The notes beneath the pieces are model-generated. The model ran no database searches, was not told where the DNA came from, and saw only the letters and a list, made by a program, of their open reading frames with translations. A stretch of 64,000 bases of DNA from Leucoraja ocellata. Taxonomy: Eukaryota. The DNA is taken from NCBI GenBank assembly GCA_036785375.1, contig JAWMAR010000146.1, forward strand, positions 1,054,001 to 1,118,000. Direction: 5' to 3'. Made by a program: the position numbers and the translations under genes. Of this stretch, positions 12,358-25,693 are shown one piece after another (position 1 is the first letter of the stretch; the number at the start of each line of letters is the position of its first letter).

Positions 12358-13084
12358 GTGCCTACTCACTATTGGAGGTTAGATCTGCACAGGTTTAACT
12401 ATTCCATTCTTTTCAACACTGAGGAATGGTTGTGATGGAGAGAGGCAAGTTTAAAAAAATAATTACATTTATTGAAATGCATTTAATTGCTTCTGGTTTA
12501 CTTTAATTATATTATTTTAATGGTATTTTTTAATTAAGTATGTCTTCAATATTTAAAAAAAAAAGCCATGTGACAAATATGACAGCAGGTTCAGGTGAGA
12601 ACCCTGGCTTAATTGACTGACAAAGCATTTTATTATTCACTAATATTTTATATACTGTAAGAGGTCTTATTCTATCCTTTAATATTGTCTGCTGGGCATT
12701 TTTGAAATTGCTTTTTATTCCCACTAATTGACTTCTTCAACTTACAGTAACCCTCACAATTATTATTAACATTATTAGTTCGAACTTCATTATATCACTC
12801 CTTTTCAGCATCTTTAGTTTTCCGCAATTGCAGATTTTTTGCTGCATCTCCGTTTCAGTTTGGAGCAAGTTTTATTATACTATACAACATGTGCAAGATG
12901 TGCAATTTATTTTTTGATTAATTAAAAATGATTTGTAGCGTTCATACTACTCCTTAACTCACTAAATTTAGAGCAGAAGATATTCTCAGCATTACAAACA
13001 GAAACAGTAGACGGATCTTGACAGCATTTTTAACAGTCTCTGGATATTTCCAATTCAATGGAATATTTTAAAATCAATGGAGTG

Positions 13085-13270
13085 ATGAAAATGCCGCAGG
13101 TACCCAGCAAGTCAGGCAGCTTCTATAAAGGAAGAAACAGTGTCAACATTTCAGTTCTTATGAAGTGTCATTGAGCTGAAATGTTGGCTGTTTTTCTATT
13201 CACAGTTGCTGCTTGCCATGCTGATTATTTCCGGCTGTTTCTGTTTGTGATTCAAATTTCTAAAACCTTT
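13085..13270. repeat. Penelope-derived inverted repeat pair
   Basis: cagcaagtcaggcagc...caacatttcag / ctgaaatgttg...gctgcttgccatgctg. Confidence 0.7.
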
Positions 13271-13509
13271 AGTTTTGTTTTATTCAAATATTTTTTGAAG
13301 TCTAAGGGGCGTGTGTTTATTCTAGCAGAATAAGTTTTATGCATAGCCGAGATCAATAAGGAATTCAAAATCGATGCATTGGAAGGATATTCAGAATTAA
13401 GTTTTTATGTTTTAACAAATACACTGATTATTGAGATGATCAAAATATTCAATATTCATCCATCTGGAAGCTTTTTGTCATAGAGAATATCAGGAAAAAT
13501 ATGTTCCAG

Positions 13510-13850
13510 ATGGAGTACAGTGGCATGGCCATCAGATTCCTAGACCAATAACCCAAGGTCTTGACTAATAGTTTGGAAAAATGGGTTCAAATCCCATTTA
13601 AATACCTATTGTCTGTCATGGTGACATCAAACTTATTGGATTCCACTTCAGAAAGAACTGGTTCATTAATGTCTCTTGCAAGAGAAAATTTGTGAAACTT
13701 ATCTGATCTAGGTTTCAACCAGAACAATATCAATGTGGTTGACCTTCTGAAATGGCCCAATAAGCCATTCAGTTCAAGGGCAATTATGGACAAGCAATAA
13801 ATGCTGGCTTTGCCAGTAACATCAGCATTCCTGTGAAGGTATAAATAAAT
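13510..13850 (+). mobile_element. Old tRNA-derived SINE (unclassified) with a LINE-derived tail
   Basis: B-box-like ggttcaaatccc at ~13584; core ctggttcattaatgtc; tail gggcaattatggacaagcaataaatgctggc. Confidence 0.7.
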
Positions 13851-13858
13851 AGACACCT

Positions 13859-14440
13859 ATAGACAATAGATAATAGATGCAGGAGTAGGTCATTCAGCCC
13901 TCGAGCCAGCAGCGCCATTCAATGTGATCGTGGCTGATCATCCCCAATCAGTACCCCGTTCTGGCCTTCTCCCCTATCCCGACTCCGTTTATCTTTAAAA
14001 GCCCTATCTAGCTCTCTCTTGAATGTATGCAGAGAACCGGCCTACATCGCCCTCTGAGGCAGAGAATTCCACAGACTCACAACCCTCTGTGAGAAAAAGT
14101 GTTTCCTTGTCTCTGTTCTAAATGGCTTACTCCTTATTCGTAAATTGTGGCCTCGGGTTTTGGACTCCCCCAACATCGGGAACATGTTTCCTGCCTCTAG
14201 CATGTCCAAACCCTTAATAATCTTATATGTTTCAATAAGATCCTCTCTCATCCTTCTAAACTCCAGAGTGTACAAGCCCAGCCACTCCAGTCTCTCAGCA
14301 TATGACAGTCCCGCCATCCCGGGAATTAACCTTGTAAACCTACGCTGCACTCCCTCAATAGTAAGAATGTACTTCCTCAAATTAGGGGACCAAACTGTAC
14401 ACAATACTCCAGGTGTGGTCTCACTAGGGCCCTGTATAAT
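13859..14440 (-). mobile_element. CR1 LINE, 5'-truncated
   Basis: ORF 14042-14404 (WSPNLRK...TRGHNLRI); (TTGTCTA)-type tail. Confidence 0.95.
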
Positions 14441-14864
14441 AAGCTGTAAAACTCTTTAACCAAATATTAACGGTGTAATGGTAATGCATTTTTGGTTAAT
14501 GAGTAACAAGACAAGAAACAGATGGAATAATAATTTACTTTAGGAGATGCTGGGGGTATATTTCATACTATAATGAAATGATTTCCAAAAATTGACAGCG
14601 GTGTATATCTATACTTAGTGGATGACCAAACTCTGGCCTGAAGCAGAGAGGTTCCTTGGAAAAGTGTCAAACATAGTTTACAAAGTGATTAGCTCTGTTA
14701 AACACCTAGCTAGTTTTAAAATTTACTCAACCTTAAATTAAATGTTTAGAGAGTAACTCTTGAGACATGAGACATTTACATTTCTGAATACTGTCAGAGT
14801 GCTCTTGGAGAGTGTTTATTCAACCAGACACCATGTGCAGTCATGCATAGGATATTTGAAGGTA

Positions 14865-15637
14865 AACATAGAAACATAGAAATTAGGTGCAGGAGTAGGC
14901 CATTCGGCCCTTCGAGCCTGCACCGCCATTCAATATGATCATGGCTGATCATCCAACTCAGTATCCCGTACCTGCCTTCTCTCCATACCCCCTGATCCCC
15001 TTAGCCACAAGGGCCACATCTAACTCCCTCTTAAATATAGCCAATGAACTGGCCTCAACTACCCTCTGTGGCAGAGAGTTCCAGAGATTCACCACTCTGT
15101 GTGAAAAAAGTTCTTCTCATCTCGGTTTTAAAGGATTTCCCCCTTATCCTTAAGCTGTGACCCCTTGTCCTGGACTTCCCTAATATCGGGAACAATCTTC
15201 CTGCATCTAGCCTGTCCAACCCCTTAAGAATTTGTAAGTTTCTATAAGATCCCCTCTCAATCTCCTAAATTCTAGAGAGTATAAACCAAGTCTATCCAGT
15301 CTTTCTTCATAAGACAGTCCTGACATCCCAGGAATCAGTCTGGTGAACTGTCTCTGCACTCCCTCTATGGCAATAATGCCCTTCGTCAGATTTGGAGACC
15401 AAAACTGTACGCAATACTACAGGTGTGGTCTCACCAAGACCCTGTACAACTGCAGTAGAACCTCCCTGCTCCTATACTCAAATCCTTTTGCAATGAAAGC
15501 TAACATACCATTCGCTTTCTTTACTGCCTGCTGCACCTGCATGCCTACCTTCAATGACTGGTGTACCATGACACCCAGGTCTCACTGCATCTCCCCCTTT
15601 CCCAATCGGCCACCATTTAGATAATAGTCTGCTTTCT
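14865..15637 (-). mobile_element. Young CR1 LINE, 5'-truncated, TSD AGGTA
   Basis: (TTTCTATG)n tail; aggta at 14860-14864 and 15638-15642. Confidence 0.95.
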
Positions 15638-15703
15638 AGGTACTAGGAGAACTTGTTATTCTGGCCAAATTGGAGAGGCCAGGCCACTAAAATTGAGTAA
15701 AGG

Positions 15704-16386
15704 TGTTAATCCTGGCTAAATTGGACCAGCTAGGAATTCAAAATGGGGTTAAGTTTCAAGGTTGCTGGGAGATTTGGTCAAATTGGAATTCCTCTGCAAA
15801 CCTTGTCAATCTGGTGCAAAATGCATAGAATGGATTGGATGGCTGCAAACCAGACATACACCTTGTAAATAGTTGTAAATAATGTTGCAGAGTTTGACTT
15901 TGCCAAGTGTTGATTGGATGAGGTGTTGAGCCTTGTCTGGGTTTTCTGCTAATCAGGGTAAATGTTTCCAAGTTGACTGCATCTCGAAGTCCGTTGCGAA
16001 TACAATGTTTTGAACTATTATATCATTGGGTTAGGGAAATGCCTGTTATGTATGGGGTTAATCGATATCTGTAATTGGGTTATTGAGAGACCACCCCCAT
16101 GTCTTTCGGCCCTTCGATGTCCCGGGACATATAAAAGTCCGCGATCACGAGGCTCAGCGTCGATCTTCTGGAAGAGCGCTCCGCACCGCGTAAACTTCTG
16201 GAGTGCCTCTGTCCGAGCGAGGCCTAGAGGGCTTCAACAGGCAGCACGAGGATCATACCCACGGTGGGATAGGTACGGTGTGTGAACTATGACGCGCTTT
16301 TGGTAAAATAAAATGTAGTTGTTTCAAGTGCTTGATTCAGTGTTATTACTGAAACTGGGGGGAAGCTTAGAAACGAGCAATTAGCA
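15704..16386 (+). mobile_element. Solo LTR (683 bp; ERV or Gypsy type)
   Basis: Ends TGTTAAT...ATTAGCA; 4-bp TSD AAGG (15700-15703 and 16387-16390); TATAAAA at 16130-16136; CpG-rich R-like region; AATAAA at 16307-16312. Confidence 0.85.
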
Positions 16387-16429
16387 AAGGCTTCTGGGCT
16401 GCTAGGCCATTTGGCCATGTTAAAATTTT

Positions 16430-16700
16430 ATTTGGGTGTCTTATTGCTCTTTATTGGCATGACTGTATGGCAAATCATATTCCTCGCATGTTGCAAAACA
16501 TACTTGGCTAGTAAAGTACTATGATGATTATTATGAGTATGAAATTTAATTAGGACAATATTATACATGGAGAAATGCAGCCAAATTGGTGAACAGTTGT
16601 GTGGAGCAAGTGGGTGCGAATGTGGGATTACATAGAACTAGTGTGAATTGGCGATCGATAGTCGGTGGGGTGAAGGGCCTGTTTCTTTGCTATGTCTTAC
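16430..16700 (+). mobile_element. Short LINE 3' remnants (Rex-type tail, then CR1-type tail)
   Basis: ggcatgactgtatggcaaat...(atg/att)n tail; gtgaagggcctgtttctttgctat. Confidence 0.55.
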
Positions 16701-17999
16701 AATTAATAAATCTTCTATGCAACTACATGTTACAAGTTACATTGTTCCTTTCTTAATATGAAATGGATTATCAAATTATGTGCTGCTTTTGATATTCAGT
16801 CAACAAATATAGATCAATGATCATTAAACATCCAATGGAATACCATGCTTACAATCTCTACTGTCTACAAGTGGCACTGTTGTAATCCTGAGCTCCAACA
16901 CATAGATCAGGTACTTGGGAACACCAATACCTTCAACTCACACATATTCCTGGCTTGGGCCCAGGTGAAACATCTTTTGCTGATGCTGAATTATAATTCT
17001 GAAAGTGTCTACTCATACCAGTATGGTAATATGTTTAACATATGAACTACAGGAGGACTGAGTAAACACAAGGGCAAATTAGGGTACTTAAAAATGTTAA
17101 CCTTGACTGTAATGTTCACATCAAAATGTAAGCATTAGATGAGGTAACAAGAGGCCTTGAATATCACTATATAGCGACTATGTAATTTTTTTGGAGAAAT
17201 CTCAAGGCAAAAATGTGCTTGGATATGACTCTAATATTGATTGTCATGAGATGGATTAAACATAAATTAAATTGGATGCATAATTACATGATAAAAGATT
17301 TAACTTTGTTTTTGGATACATAAAGTCATGTCTTCCACAAAATGTGTTTCTGCATGTTTGCCAGCATTTCAAACCATGTCACACAATCTTGGTAATGAAT
17401 CTATTGATGCTTTTGTGACAGCCTATATTTGAATAAGGGTTTTAATATGCCCTTGAACAACATTAGTTGAAACAATCAATGCTAGAATGTTAGATAATAC
17501 GCAAAAGCATTGCTTTGCAGATATAGTACAAGACTATTTTAAAAATTTCATAAGAATTTTACTTGATTCTGTTGCTGGATAGGCTTTCCCAAAAAACGAA
17601 CCAAATTCAAAAATGGAAATTTTGTAATGCAGGGCAATTAAAATGATTAAAATTGATGAGCAAAACACCAGGCACATTTTAGCGACATTAAAAATTGACA
17701 GTGTTAAACACCAGACTGCAACTTTGAAGGATAAGTGGGCTATAAATATTATAAAAGATCATTAACAGATAATGCTTTTGAAGAAAATTATTCATATTGG
17801 CCTTCATTAAATGAGACTGTGGACACATACCAGATGCAATCAGTTTTGGCTCAGCATCCACAAAATACATTGAGGTCATAAAACATATGTCTGGAGGAAA
17901 CTTGAAGGAAAAATTACTTCTGGACACATGAATCGGATGGCATAAACCACAGTATTCTCAGATTGATAAATGCACATATTATACACAATAAAATGGGAG

Positions 18000-18342
18000 C
18001 AATAACAGGCCACTTGGCCCCTGTCTCACAATACCTGCCCTGCTGTTTGTGATCATCATGGCTGGTATAGCCCAGGACCTAATCCTCTTCTAAAGCACTT
18101 CCACATAGTCTATAACTCTCTGGTCATTCGAAAGTTTATCTACCTCCTGTTTTAACATGTCTGTTGATCTAGTCTCCACATCCCTTTAGGTATAGAGGTA
18201 TACAGGAATCACCACGCTCCATGAGAAGAAATTCCTATCCACCTCAGTTTTAAATTATTGCACCTTATGCCCCCTAATACAAGTCTCACGCACAGGTGGA
18301 AATATTTCAAAATCTACCTTGCCAGACCTTCTATGTTTCAAT
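18000..18342 (-). mobile_element. Old CR1 3' fragment
   Basis: Degenerate match to reverse-strand CR1 (gagaagaaattcct..cacctcagttttaaat). Confidence 0.7.
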
Positions 18343-18345
18343 AAC

Positions 18346-18875
18346 GGCGGCATGGTGGCATAGCTGTAGAGCTACTGCCTTAAAGCCCTGTCCCACTGTA
18401 CGAGTATATTCAAGACCTCTCCCGAGCTCGTGGAACCACATAGAATGAACGTAGCGGGTACGTCGGAGCTCGGGGACGTCTCTTAGCGGCTCGTAACGCT
18501 AACGGCAGGTACTTGGGAAACGCGGTAAGCTCGGGAAAACTCGTGAAGATTTTCAACTTGTTGAAAAATGTCCACGAGAACCCCGAGTTCCTGCGAACGG
18601 CCATTACCGTAAATCTCGGAGTTCGAATCAGGGAAAACTCGGGAGAACTCTTGAATGAACTCGTACAGTGGGACAGGGCGATTACAGAGACCTCGGTTCG
18701 AACCTGACGACGGGTGCTGTCTGTACCAAGTTTGTACATTCTCCCCGTGACCACGTGGGTTTACTCCGAGATCTTCGGTTTCCACCCACACTCCAAAGAC
18801 ATACAGGTTTGTAGGTTAATTGGTAAATTGTCCCTAGTGTGTGTAAGATAGTGTTAGTGTGTGCTGATTGCTGGC
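18346..18875 (+). mobile_element. HE1/V-SINE interrupted by a MITE
   Basis: A-box region ggtggcatagctgtag; B-box ggttcgaacc at 18695-18704; V-domain gtttgtacattctccccgtgaccacgtgggttt. Confidence 0.9.
18383..18681. mobile_element. PIF/Harbinger-type MITE (299 bp)
   Basis: TIR gccctgtcccactgtacgag / ctcgtacagtgggacagggc, extending imperfectly to ~40 bp; TTA TSD at 18380-18382 and 18682-18684. Confidence 0.9.
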
Positions 18876-20309
18876 TTCCTCCTCTAAGCTATTAATAGTA
18901 AATCATTGAAGATGATGTGCTTATCGTTAAGGCAATCTTCTAATCATGTCACTGATGCTTGAGGCACCCAAGTAGCAATAGATTAGAAGATGTACTAGAT
19001 AATAACTCACAGGGTGGACACTAACACAAAAGTATTTCTTACTCCAATATTTATAAAAATTGTAGGATTACCCGAACCACCATTGGGAGGAATATATCCA
19101 AAGGTCATTTGTGGGATGTCAGAAATGTTACTTTAAAGGAGATGAGCTCAGAATGAATAGTTAATATTGATGTAGGTGCAACCGGTCATACTTCAACAAT
19201 CCAGATTTCACACATCACAAAATCCAGCCTCACTTATTTAGATATTTAAAAAAAATAACATTTGATAATGTTCTGCCAGTTGTGTTTTTATATATTATAA
19301 AGATACTCAGCAAACTTAAATTTGGTAACCATACTGAAAACAAACTATAAAGCAACGTGACTATAAATCGAATTAGGTTATGATTCTATGATAATTTAAG
19401 GAAAACATTTAATATGTTTTCCTTATATTCATGCACATCCATGACATGTTTAACAGAACAGATTGAGTATTAGGATATTTGTTGTCACTTCAGAAGGAAC
19501 CAATCCTTTTTTGTATCTCTAGTTGACATAACCCAAATTATAATGTACTACATTAAAACATTTTAATATCATAAAAATACATGCATTATTGATGAACCTA
19601 CCTAAAAATCAAAAATAATTGCCTGCATTGATCAAATCGTAATTTAAAGGATTTAAAAAAAAATCAATAACAGTTCTATTGCACAAGTAAATTTACCCAC
19701 ATTGTTCAAGTTTAAAGTCGACTGACTTACTGACAAATTTCAGGAAATAGAACACTGCAGTGATTCTTCTTCAGATTCAATGCACATATTTGATTAGATA
19801 TACAAATTTCCACTATGGGTTTAAAATGGGGAAAACAAAGACATTTCATAACTTCTGAAAACTAAGAATCTAAAAGATAAAATGTAAGTTTGAAATAAAT
19901 TAATGTCAAGTTCTAGGATTGCCATTCTAAACTGAAGAACCAAGGGCATGTTATCCACGGGTCTAACGTTTCTATTCTCCAATGACTAATAATACAATGT
20001 TATTTCTTGCGCTGAAATATTGTAAATGTGGTTTGAATAACTAAAGTTCTAATCTATTGGGAATCCTTGACTGTACACTGGCAGTTCTCACCTCCATCTG
20101 GGGAAAATTAGGTAGTGGTTGGACATTGACTGGTTTGCTATTCTGAAATAAATCGTGGCGTTTTCAAAGAACTAAAATACGCCGATTTATATCTTCTGAA
20201 ATAAGACGTTTTAAATTCAACCAGATATGCATTATTTACTTACTTCCTGATTGTGAAGGAGAATGGATATTGCCAAAAATTGTTAGTCTATCTCATTAAC
20301 ATTCATATT

Positions 20310-20440
20310 GTATAGGAAGGGACTGCAGATACCGGTTTAAACTGAAGATAGACGCAAAATGCTGGAATAGCTCAGCGGGACAGGCAGCATCTCTGGAGAG
20401 ATGGAATGGGTGATATTATGGGTCAAGACCTTCAGACTAT
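20310..20440 (-). repeat. Penelope terminal-repeat fragment
   Basis: caaaatgctggaatagctcagcgggacaggcagcatctctggag. Confidence 0.8.
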
Positions 20441-20814
20441 TGTGATTGCTCAAGATACAATACTTAATGGTATCCAACTCTAAATCTCTGACCAATAATC
20501 TATTTTTGACAAAAACCTGATTGTATAAAATTTGATTATGTTTCCCAGCCATAATTTTTTAATTTTTAAAATAATTTAAAAGATTTTTATCATCATCCAG
20601 TTTCTATCTTAATCATATGTGTATGTTCTAACTTTTATTTAATGTTCTGCAAAAGCAATTACAAAAAATAATTAGACGTTTCGCTTTTTCCCTAATCCAC
20701 AGTCTATGAAAATTCTTCACGGTAATTGGCAGGTCAGTGGGTTCGTTGGAATTGTTACTGCTGAGTAGCAAGAAAGCCCTTGAAATAGCACCGAAGATCA
20801 ACTGATGTTGAAAA

Positions 20815-20910
20815 AAGGGTAGACACAAAATGCTGGAGAAACTCAGCGGGTCAGGTAGCATCTCTGGAGAGAAGGAATGGGTGACATTTTGGGTCTAGAC
20901 CCTTCTTCAG
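20815..20910 (-). repeat. Penelope terminal-repeat fragment with a hammerhead-like core
   Basis: Minus strand CTGAAGA-a-gggtc-ta-gaccc-AAAA-tgtc. Confidence 0.8.
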
Positions 20911-21239
20911 AAAGGGGTAACCCATACCAGGAAAACACTAGATACCTATGGGAGCTTCCTTCAGTGTGAGCAGTGTGATTTGCTACTGCGACCCTGACTG
21001 CTAAATCTATAAGTAAATGATTAAAAAATGATTGTGATGACATAATGAAAACAAAATGACCAAAGCACAATAAATCGTCAACATTTATGATGGATGGGGA
21101 TTATGATTCGTATACAGCAGTGAACTGTTGCTAGATTTGAAAATGTAAAACTGTTTGTTTGGAATGTCTCGCATTATTTATGGCAGTGATCAGCTAAAAT
21201 AGATGCAAATTTGTTTTCAAAAGCAAGACTAAATAGTTA

Positions 21240-21415
21240 ACTGTGGGACAAGCAGCATCTCTGGAGAAAAGGAATGGGGATGTTTTGGGTCAGACTCTCT
21301 GGGCCTGAAACGTTACCAATTCCTTTTCTCCAGAGATGCTGCTTGTCCTGCTGAGTCACTCCAGCATTTTGTATCTACCTTCTGTGTAAACCAGCATCTG
21401 CAATTCCTTCCTACA
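21240..21415. repeat. Penelope-derived hairpin (inverted terminal repeats)
   Basis: ggacaagcagcatctctggagaaaaggaat / attccttttctccagagatgctgcttgtcc form a perfect 30-bp inverted repeat. Confidence 0.9.
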
Positions 21416-21539
21416 TTAAATCATTAATCATAATTGCTTTTGTATCAGTGTAGACTTAGAGATTAAATGTTTACGTCGTATAAGAAGTCTACAAAGTCTG
21501 TAGAGATTTAAATTAGCTTCTGTAACTGATTACACATTT

Positions 21540-21715
21540 GAATCTTTATAATTACGACTTTTAAAAGATATTTGACAGATTTATGGAAAGAAAGGGTTTT
21601 GAGGGTTATGAGCCAAATGCAGGAAAATGTAATTAGCCCAATATGCTAACTTGGTTGGCATGGACAAGCTGGGTGGAAGGTCTGCTTCCTTGCTGAACAG
21701 CTCTATGACTCTAAC
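21540..21715 (+). mobile_element. Old CR1 3' end
   Basis: FKRYLDRFM-like coding sequence and ctctatgactcta tail. Confidence 0.75.
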
Positions 21716-21759
21716 TCGAATGTCAGACACCTAGAAAACAAGAGTTGTGTATTGGCATA

Positions 21760-21950
21760 GATTGGTTTGGCTTGGTATTGATATTGGTTTATTACTGTCA
21801 TGTATCCAAAGATACAGTGAAAAGCTATATTAGCATGTTATTCTGCCAAGTCATACTATAAATGAGTACAATCAATTCATACATAAGTACAACAGGTATC
21901 GCAGAGAGAAAAACTTGAGTGCAGAATATAGTGTCACAGCATTATAGCAT
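21760..21950 (-). mobile_element. Rex1/Babar-type LINE 3' tail
   Basis: tttattactgtcatgtatcc..gatacagtgaaaagct is the reverse of the Rex tail seen at 43130-43169. Confidence 0.55.
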
Positions 21951-22563
21951 CTGTTAGTTAGTCTGTTACTAAGCCTGTTGTTTCAATGGAGGAGACAATT
22001 GCCGGTGGAAATCTGTAAACAGTTTGTTGGGGTGTGGGAGGTAAATGCATTTGCTCAAAGTGGAAACATTTGCAGCATTTATTATGCACAGATCACACAT
22101 TAATGCCATTTCATCAATGTTTCAACACAATTGCAACCACATTCTGCTGAAATCCCACCCATCGTGAAGCTAGTCCAGACACCGCTGGGCATGATTTGCC
22201 TTCACAAGGCTGACATCATGACAACATCAGTGTGCCTTAGCGACAGGAGCTGAAGCTATAATATGCAACTGTGACCTTCATTTATAACTCCAAGTAAAAT
22301 GCACAGCAAACCCCAAGGAGATGTGAAGTAAAAGGGTCCCTACTGGGACAATGATACGTGGCTGTCTGCTTCTGCCTGCCATCATTTTCAATGCCCCTGC
22401 ATATTTCACACATCAATGCGCAGTCTCACTGTACCACAACAGAGGTACATGCAGTGATCTTTGCAGGGTGCATGCCTTGCTATGGCTTGAGGTCACTGAA
22501 AGCAGAGGACAAGATCTTAAAAGACGAGTGGGAAACGCCTGTACCATACCCCTCTCTTCCCTG

Positions 22564-22581
22564 CACACACACACACACACA
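22564..22581. repeat. (CA)n microsatellite
   Basis: Direct reading of the sequence. Confidence 0.9.
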
Positions 22582-25059
22582 GAAGGGCTGTAAAATAAGG
22601 ATAGAAAATGTTGGAAACACTCATCAAATCAGGCAGCATCTACGAAAAGAAAGTTCCACAGTGGAACTGAATGCTTCCTGTAGTTCCGCTCTTTATTTCA
22701 GATATCCAGCATCTGGAGCCTTTTAATTTTCATTCTCTGAAGAGGTATATTTTCCGTCATCTCCATGCAGCATCTTCCATGGCTGCTCTCATTGCCATGG
22801 AAACCATTGTTTCCCATGACTCACTGCAGTAACTGCAACTCTGGAAGAAAGTTGCCACCAGATACTAGGTGATATTTTGATTTGTATGCATCGCTGTGAC
22901 AACTGGCCTATCTAATCCATAAAGGTAGTTATTTTTTCCAATTTTGTGATTTTTGTTCAGGGGCTTGCATTTATGCAATTAATGTTAAACTAGGCACCTA
23001 TTTGACTTACTCAATAAGTGTAAACTCCAATTGGTAGACTTAAGACTTGAACCACTAACTTGCAGTGATTTTTCCTCGTCTTTGCATGAGGGCATTAAAA
23101 AACAATATTGCTAATGTCTCAAAATATTTGGAACTTCAAAACTCTCACCAAGAATAACAAACTATTCTTTGTATTTCTCAGCTTTTTACATGGGAACTCG
23201 AAAAAGCATGTGCAATGACTCTTGGGAATTGATAATGTTCGCAACTGCACAGTTACTCCCAGAAAGAGAAAACAAAACAAGCAGAATGTGATTTCTGAGA
23301 AGTGGAGATTGATGTAACACTGTACAGATGAGATGGTTGCGTGTGACCAATCCTCCAATAGACCATAGCTTTAAAAAAAATCAGCTCTAGTGCCCTGGCC
23401 CTGGAACTGGAACTGGAACAGACCCAAAACTCAGCTCTTGACACATGACAGACCCAACTGATGGAAGCCTTATCCCAGAAAATTCTGACACTTCTCTATT
23501 TTTTTTTTTGGTTGATATCTTTTTCATGTGTGTTACAAATCTTATATCTAGACTTATCAACCAAGCAGATGGTGTCAATGATTAGCAGGATATTTTTGTT
23601 GTTACATGATTTGACTGCCTGGTTTTGCAGAGGTACACATTTTAAGATGTCGTTTGAAACATGTTTTACATTTATCTACTGATAAATCCAAATGTATAGG
23701 AGAATATCCCTGATCAACTGATCAGATAATGTTTCCTAAGGAATACCATTATGGAAATATGTACATGTTTAAAGTGTTATCGTTGCACATTCATTGCGAT
23801 TTCCACTGCTTGATTATTCAGAAAACATATGATTTCAAAATATCTCAAGTTGCAGATACTGCATATCTCTCACTCTTCTGATTAAGAATTTATTCATTAA
23901 TCAAGCAAGCAGGCTAAGGAGACCACTATGTAAAAATTCAGTCTCACAAAAGGTTGTAGGAATGAATCTCCAAGTGAGAAATCTTAGCTTAAATAAAACT
24001 GAAGAGCCCAGGTTTTACGAATCCAATTGCCAGAGTTTGAAAACTGCATGTAGTTTGCAGTCAATAGTTCAGACATTGTGGCATGCACAAATAGCTCACT
24101 TCAAGACAATGATAAATGCTACAGGCAAAGGAATTACTGTGAGTACTCTAAAGATTATTAAATAATTTACAACATCCTATAAGCTTCAATGTTCTTGAAT
24201 TTTTGATTTAAAGCTATGTCTCCATTAGATTCCAATGACTAAACCTGGTTTAAATTGAGCAAAATTATGAAGATAAGCTCAAAATATTATTAGATTAATG
24301 TCTTCCTATAAAAAATATTTGACTGGTAAATAGCTTGACATGTTACCTTTCAAGCATTATTTAAATACTAATTGATGTAATCCAAACCACATGAAATTGT
24401 TGATGAAGAATAATGTCCATTTGGCTGTTAGAATGAAATAACCATTGCATGAATATCCAAAATCTTCTTCTTCCACTCTTTTTCTGATTCCCAACCAGCA
24501 GCTCCACTGTATTACTTGGCATCTGACCAAGTTTCTGATGGAATTGCTCCTGAGCTGGTGACTAAGGAACTTGATCTAACTGTTCTTAGATAGCCTTTTC
24601 TCCCCCCTTGAGGAAATGATTTTCTTCACTCAACGTTCTTCCCACCAAAACAACATAAAAAGTCACAAATTACACTCCATGCCTAATTCCTGGTATCTGT
24701 CATTCAGCCAAGGAAATATTAAGCCATCAGTTTTCTGGCATCAATGCTACTGATGATAAATGATTTTTAATATGTTTCTTGTATCTCTTCTTAAATCAAC
24801 TCACACATTAGATGGACTTAGATTTTCTGGCAATATGACTACGAATATAATGACAAGCATTCGTAAACTTTGGGTATTGGTGACTTTCAATGAGAATATC
24901 CTCAATCACATTTCCAATGCAGAAATTCAGTAATATTTTGCTTCTAAAATAACCGCATCATAATACTGAGAGTAAATAAAATAACATTAATTTCAGTATA
25001 ATGTAATCAATTCGATCAGAGCACTTTGCAGCAAACATTGTAAATTTGAAAATGATAAC

Positions 25060-25190
25060 AAAATATACAATAAGTACTCAGCAAGTCAGGCAGCAATTGT
25101 GGGGAGAGAAAAGTGTTAACTTGTCGTGGTTTTCTCGCTACAGATGCTGCATAACTTGCTGAAAATTTCCAGCAATTTTTGTTTCTTATT
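25060..25190. repeat. Penelope-derived inverted repeat
   Basis: tactcagcaagtcaggcagca / tgctgcataacttgctga. Confidence 0.7.
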
Positions 25191-25356
25191 TTAAAGGGGG
25201 AAACATATCTTCTGCAATTTTGTGCAACTCCTTAGGGTTGGGTTGCTTCTTCAGCTACACTTGCTGAGCTTTGGGACTGGCGAGCCTCTGCCCAGGGCTA
25301 CCTACTGCTTCAATTGTCATCACTGATTTACCTTTGTACTAACCTTTGTTGTGAGT

Positions 25357-25693
25357 TTTGCTCCCGATGTTGGGGAAGTCCAGGACAAGGGGTCACAGCT
25401 TAAGGATAAGGGGGAAATCCTTTAAAACTGAGATGAGAAGAACTTTTTTCACAAAGAGAGTGATGAATCTCTGGAACTCTCTGCCACAGAGGGTAGTCAA
25501 GGCCAGATCATTGGCTATATTTAAGAGGGAGTTAGATGTGGCCCTTGTGGCTAAGGTAATCAGAGGGTATGGAGAGAAGGCAGGTACAGGATACTGAGTT
25601 GGATGATCAGCCATGATCATATTGAATGGCGGTGCAGGCTCGAAGGGCCGAATGGCCTACTCCTGCATCTATTTTCTATGTTTCTATGTTTCT
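25357..25693 (+). mobile_element. Young CR1 3' end
   Basis: PMLGKSRTRGHSLRI...GTGY*; (TTTCTATG)n tail. Confidence 0.95.

Noticed and set aside
18346-18704. tRNA gene
   Set aside because: The A and B boxes belong to a tRNA-derived SINE head; no cloverleaf.
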